Source: Bryobacterales bacterium (GTDB taxonomy: Bacteria; Acidobacteriota; Terriglobia; Bryobacterales; UBA6623). From it: DNA of 64,000 nt. The notes beneath the pieces are model-generated. The model had not been told where the DNA came from. It made no database searches and saw nothing but the letters and a program-made list of their open reading frames with translations. The position numbers and the translations under genes are program-made. Position 1 is the first letter of the stretch; each line of letters opens with the position of its first letter. Positions 61,122 to 64,000 of the stretch are shown piece by piece. The stretch lies in contig OY729427.2 in NCBI GenBank assembly GCA_963422375.2, positions 160,001 to 224,000 of the forward strand, read 5' to 3'.

Positions 61122-62213
61122 ATGATCCAGCGACTCGTACTTCGCAACCTGTCCCACAGGCCGGTGCGCACCGGCCTGACCGTTCTTGCCGTGGCCGTCG
61201 AGGTCGCGATGATCGTGATGATGGTCGGGGTGTCCGAGGGCCTGCTCCTCGAGTCGCTGCGAAGAACCCGCGGGGTCGGCGCCGACATACTCATCCGACC
61301 CCAGATCTCGGGCGCCACCCTCAGCGGCGCGGACATCTCGGGTAAGCTCCCCGACCTGCTCAGGGAGCGCTTCGATTCCATCACGCACGCAATGGGAGCG
61401 ACCGTGTTCACCCCGGGCGACCTGCAGACCATCACGGGCGTGGACTGGGACGAGTTGGACGCCATGAGCGGCGGCATCGTGATCTTCGACGGACGCCCCT
61501 ACGCGTCAGCCTACGAGGCGGTCGTGGACGAGGTTTACGCCCGCCAGGAAGAGTTGGAGGTGGGCGACTCGATCGAGCTGATGAGCCGCGACTTCACGAT
61601 CGTGGGCATCGTCGAGACCGGCAAGATGTCCCGGGTCTTCATTCCGCTCGCGACCATGGGCGACCTGCAGGGGTGGCAGGACCGCTACAGCCAGGTCTAC
61701 CTGAAGCTGGACGACCCGGCCAAGGCCCGGGATCTCATCGGAGAGCTGCGGGCCATGATGCCCAACCGGTCGGTGATGTCGGTGGAGGAACTCCTCGCCC
61801 TCACAGCGACAAGCGTGCGCCAGATGTCCTCGCAGTTCGTGGACATAATCATCTCGATCGCGGTGGCGATCGGCTTCATCGTGGTGATGCTCGCGATGTA
61901 CACGGCCATCTTGGAACGCACCCGCGAGATCGGAATTCTCAAGGCCGTCGGCGCGTCGAAGCGCTTCATCGGCGCGATCATCCTGCGCGAGACACTGGCG
62001 GTCAGCGTGGCCGGCATCGCGCTCGGGTACGGCCTGAGCCTGCTGGGCCGCGGGCTGGTCGCGGCGAAGTACCCTCTGGTCCCCGTGATCCTCCTGCCGG
62101 AATGGCTGGCCTGGGCCGCGGTCCTCACCATCGCGGGCTCTATCGCGGGAGCCGCCTACCCCGCGTGGAAGGCAGCGAGCGCCGACCCCTGCGAAGCGCT
62201 GACCTACGAATAG
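61122..62213 (+). CDS. ABC transporter permease (MacB/FtsX/LolE type)
   Basis: RNLSHRPVRTGLTVL, ERTREIGILKAVGAS, YPAWKAA..DP.EAL. Confidence 0.9.
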   Translation: MIQRLVLRNLSHRPVRTGLTVLAVAVEVAMIVMMVGVSEGLLLESLRRTRGVGADILIRPQISGATLSGADISGKLPDLLRERFDSITHAMGATVFTPGDLQTITGVDWDELDAMSGGIVIFDGRPYASAYEAVVDEVYARQEELEVGDSIELMSRDFTIVGIVETGKMSRVFIPLATMGDLQGWQDRYSQVYLKLDDPAKARDLIGELRAMMPNRSVMSVEELLALTATSVRQMSSQFVDIIISIAVAIGFIVVMLAMYTAILERTREIGILKAVGASKRFIGAIILRETLAVSVAGIALGYGLSLLGRGLVAAKYPLVPVILLPEWLAWAAVLTIAGSIAGAAYPAWKAASADPCEALTYE

Positions 62214-62232
62214 GCCGACTGGAGGCCACTCC

Positions 62233-62928
<696 letters not shown>

Positions 62929-62995
62929 GCGGGCCGTTCCGCCGGGATAGCCCCCGCCTCCGTTCGCGCCGCCGGCGGGCGGAACCCCGCGGGCG

Positions 62996-64000
62996 TCACT
63001 CCCCGTAGATGCGGGCGTAGGCGGCGCGGTTTCGCAGGACCGCCTGAACGTAGCCGCGCGTCTCGGAGAACGGTATCGTCTCGACGAACTCCTCCAAGTC
63101 CCGGTATGGGCCGAACTGCATCCATTGCGCGACCCGGCTGTTCCCGGCGTTGTAAGCGGCCAGCGCCTTCTCCGCCTGGCCGCCGAACTGGTCCAGCACC
63201 TGCTTCAGGTGAAACGTCCCGAGGCGGAGGCTGACGTCCGGAATCGTCAGCTTTCGGGTCGAAAACCCGGGAATGCCCAGCCGGCGGAACAGGCCCCGAC
63301 CCGTGCCGGGCATGATCTGCATCAAGCCGAGCGCGCCGGCCCGGGACTTGGCCGCGGGATCGAATTCCGACTCCTGGCGGATCAGCCCCGCCACGAGGTA
63401 CGGATCCAAGCGGTGACGGCCGGCCCGGGCCCGCAGCTCGTCCTCCCAGCCCAGCGGGTAGAGGTAGCGCCAGTACTCGGCGTCCAAGGCCTCCAGCGGG
63501 AACCGCAGGTAGCCGAAGGCGTAGCGCTTCACGGCCCGCACGCCAAGATAGTGACGGCCCCGCCCGGCATGGATACGTCCGAGCCCGAGACCCGCGAAGT
63601 GGGCGTCGGCCTGCCGGTAGTCGACCCGTTCCAGTTCCCGGCGCGCGTCGCTGTCCCGGCCGATCAGATAGAGCACCGTCGACACATCGACGATATTCCG
63701 CGTGGCGGGCCGCGGCTCGGACGCGAGCTGCCTCGCGGCCGGCACCATCTCCGCCAGCTCGCGGGAGAGCTGCGTTTCGGGCGGGCGCCCGGCGGACCCG
63801 CCGAGCCTCTTCCGAGCGAGGCCGCCGTAGTAGTAGTGGGGGAACGAGCGCGCAACGGCGTGAAAGTAGGAGCTGGCATCCGTCGCGCGTCCTTCGAGCT
63901 GGCGCAGCCGGCCCAGCCAGTAAAGCGCCGCGGAAGCCGTCGCGGAGCCGGGGTACCGCCGGACGTGCTCGGCCAGCAGATCCCAGCGCTCTGCGGAGCG
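62996..64000 (-). CDS. Soluble lytic transglycosylase (SLT domain, TPR-like N-part), 5'-truncated by window edge
   Basis: LIRQESEFDP, GALGLMQIMP.T, ALAAYNAG, IPFSETRGYV. Confidence 0.9.
   Translation of the reverse strand, partial: RSAERWDLLAEHVRRYPGSATASAALYWLGRLRQLEGRATDASSYFHAVARSFPHYYYGGLARKRLGGSAGRPPETQLSRELAEMVPAARQLASEPRPATRNIVDVSTVLYLIGRDSDARRELERVDYRQADAHFAGLGLGRIHAGRGRHYLGVRAVKRYAFGYLRFPLEALDAEYWRYLYPLGWEDELRARAGRHRLDPYLVAGLIRQESEFDPAAKSRAGALGLMQIMPGTGRGLFRRLGIPGFSTRKLTIPDVSLRLGTFHLKQVLDQFGGQAEKALAAYNAGNSRVAQWMQFGPYRDLEEFVETIPFSETRGYVQAVLRNRAAYARIYGE

Overview
High-GC bacterial chromosome window. The gene content (DUF1552/ankyrin pair, Acidobacteria-like rimP-nusA-infB, three sulfatases, PhyH dioxygenase, SSS transporter) suggests an acidobacterium, possibly host-associated; this is inference only. 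1-22 kb: housekeeping and metabolic genes, including rimP-nusA-infB-DUF503 with a sigma70 promoter and a terminator-like rimP leader. 22.5-34.1 kb: a nested transposon pile-up whose history can be rebuilt from target-site duplications (TSDs). A low-GC PD-(D/E)xK restriction-endonuclease-like gene was split in frame, at a TA, by a 257-bp MITE. Both terminal inverted repeats (IRs) of that MITE were then hit at the identical position by IS1595-group copies, and its interior by an ISNwi-group copy. Another ISNwi copy is inserted into the non-coding tail of a sibling. The total is 7 IS1595-family copies, the MITE and one further transposase remnant. 35.7-53.7 kb: accessory region with a Tm-1-like/TIM-barrel gene pair, an arylsulfatase, an IS1380 remnant, a PHP-ATPase (Ppl/TrlF-like, with a late nonsense codon), an AlbA_2/Schlafen-HATPase gene, MscS, a ThuA-like protein and a RelE-like/SF1-helicase/TPR-like fusion. 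54-64 kb: thioesterase, rho, dehydrogenase, SSS, PhyH, Lol-like ABC genes and a partial SLT transglycosylase. No rRNA, tRNA or CRISPR array was seen.
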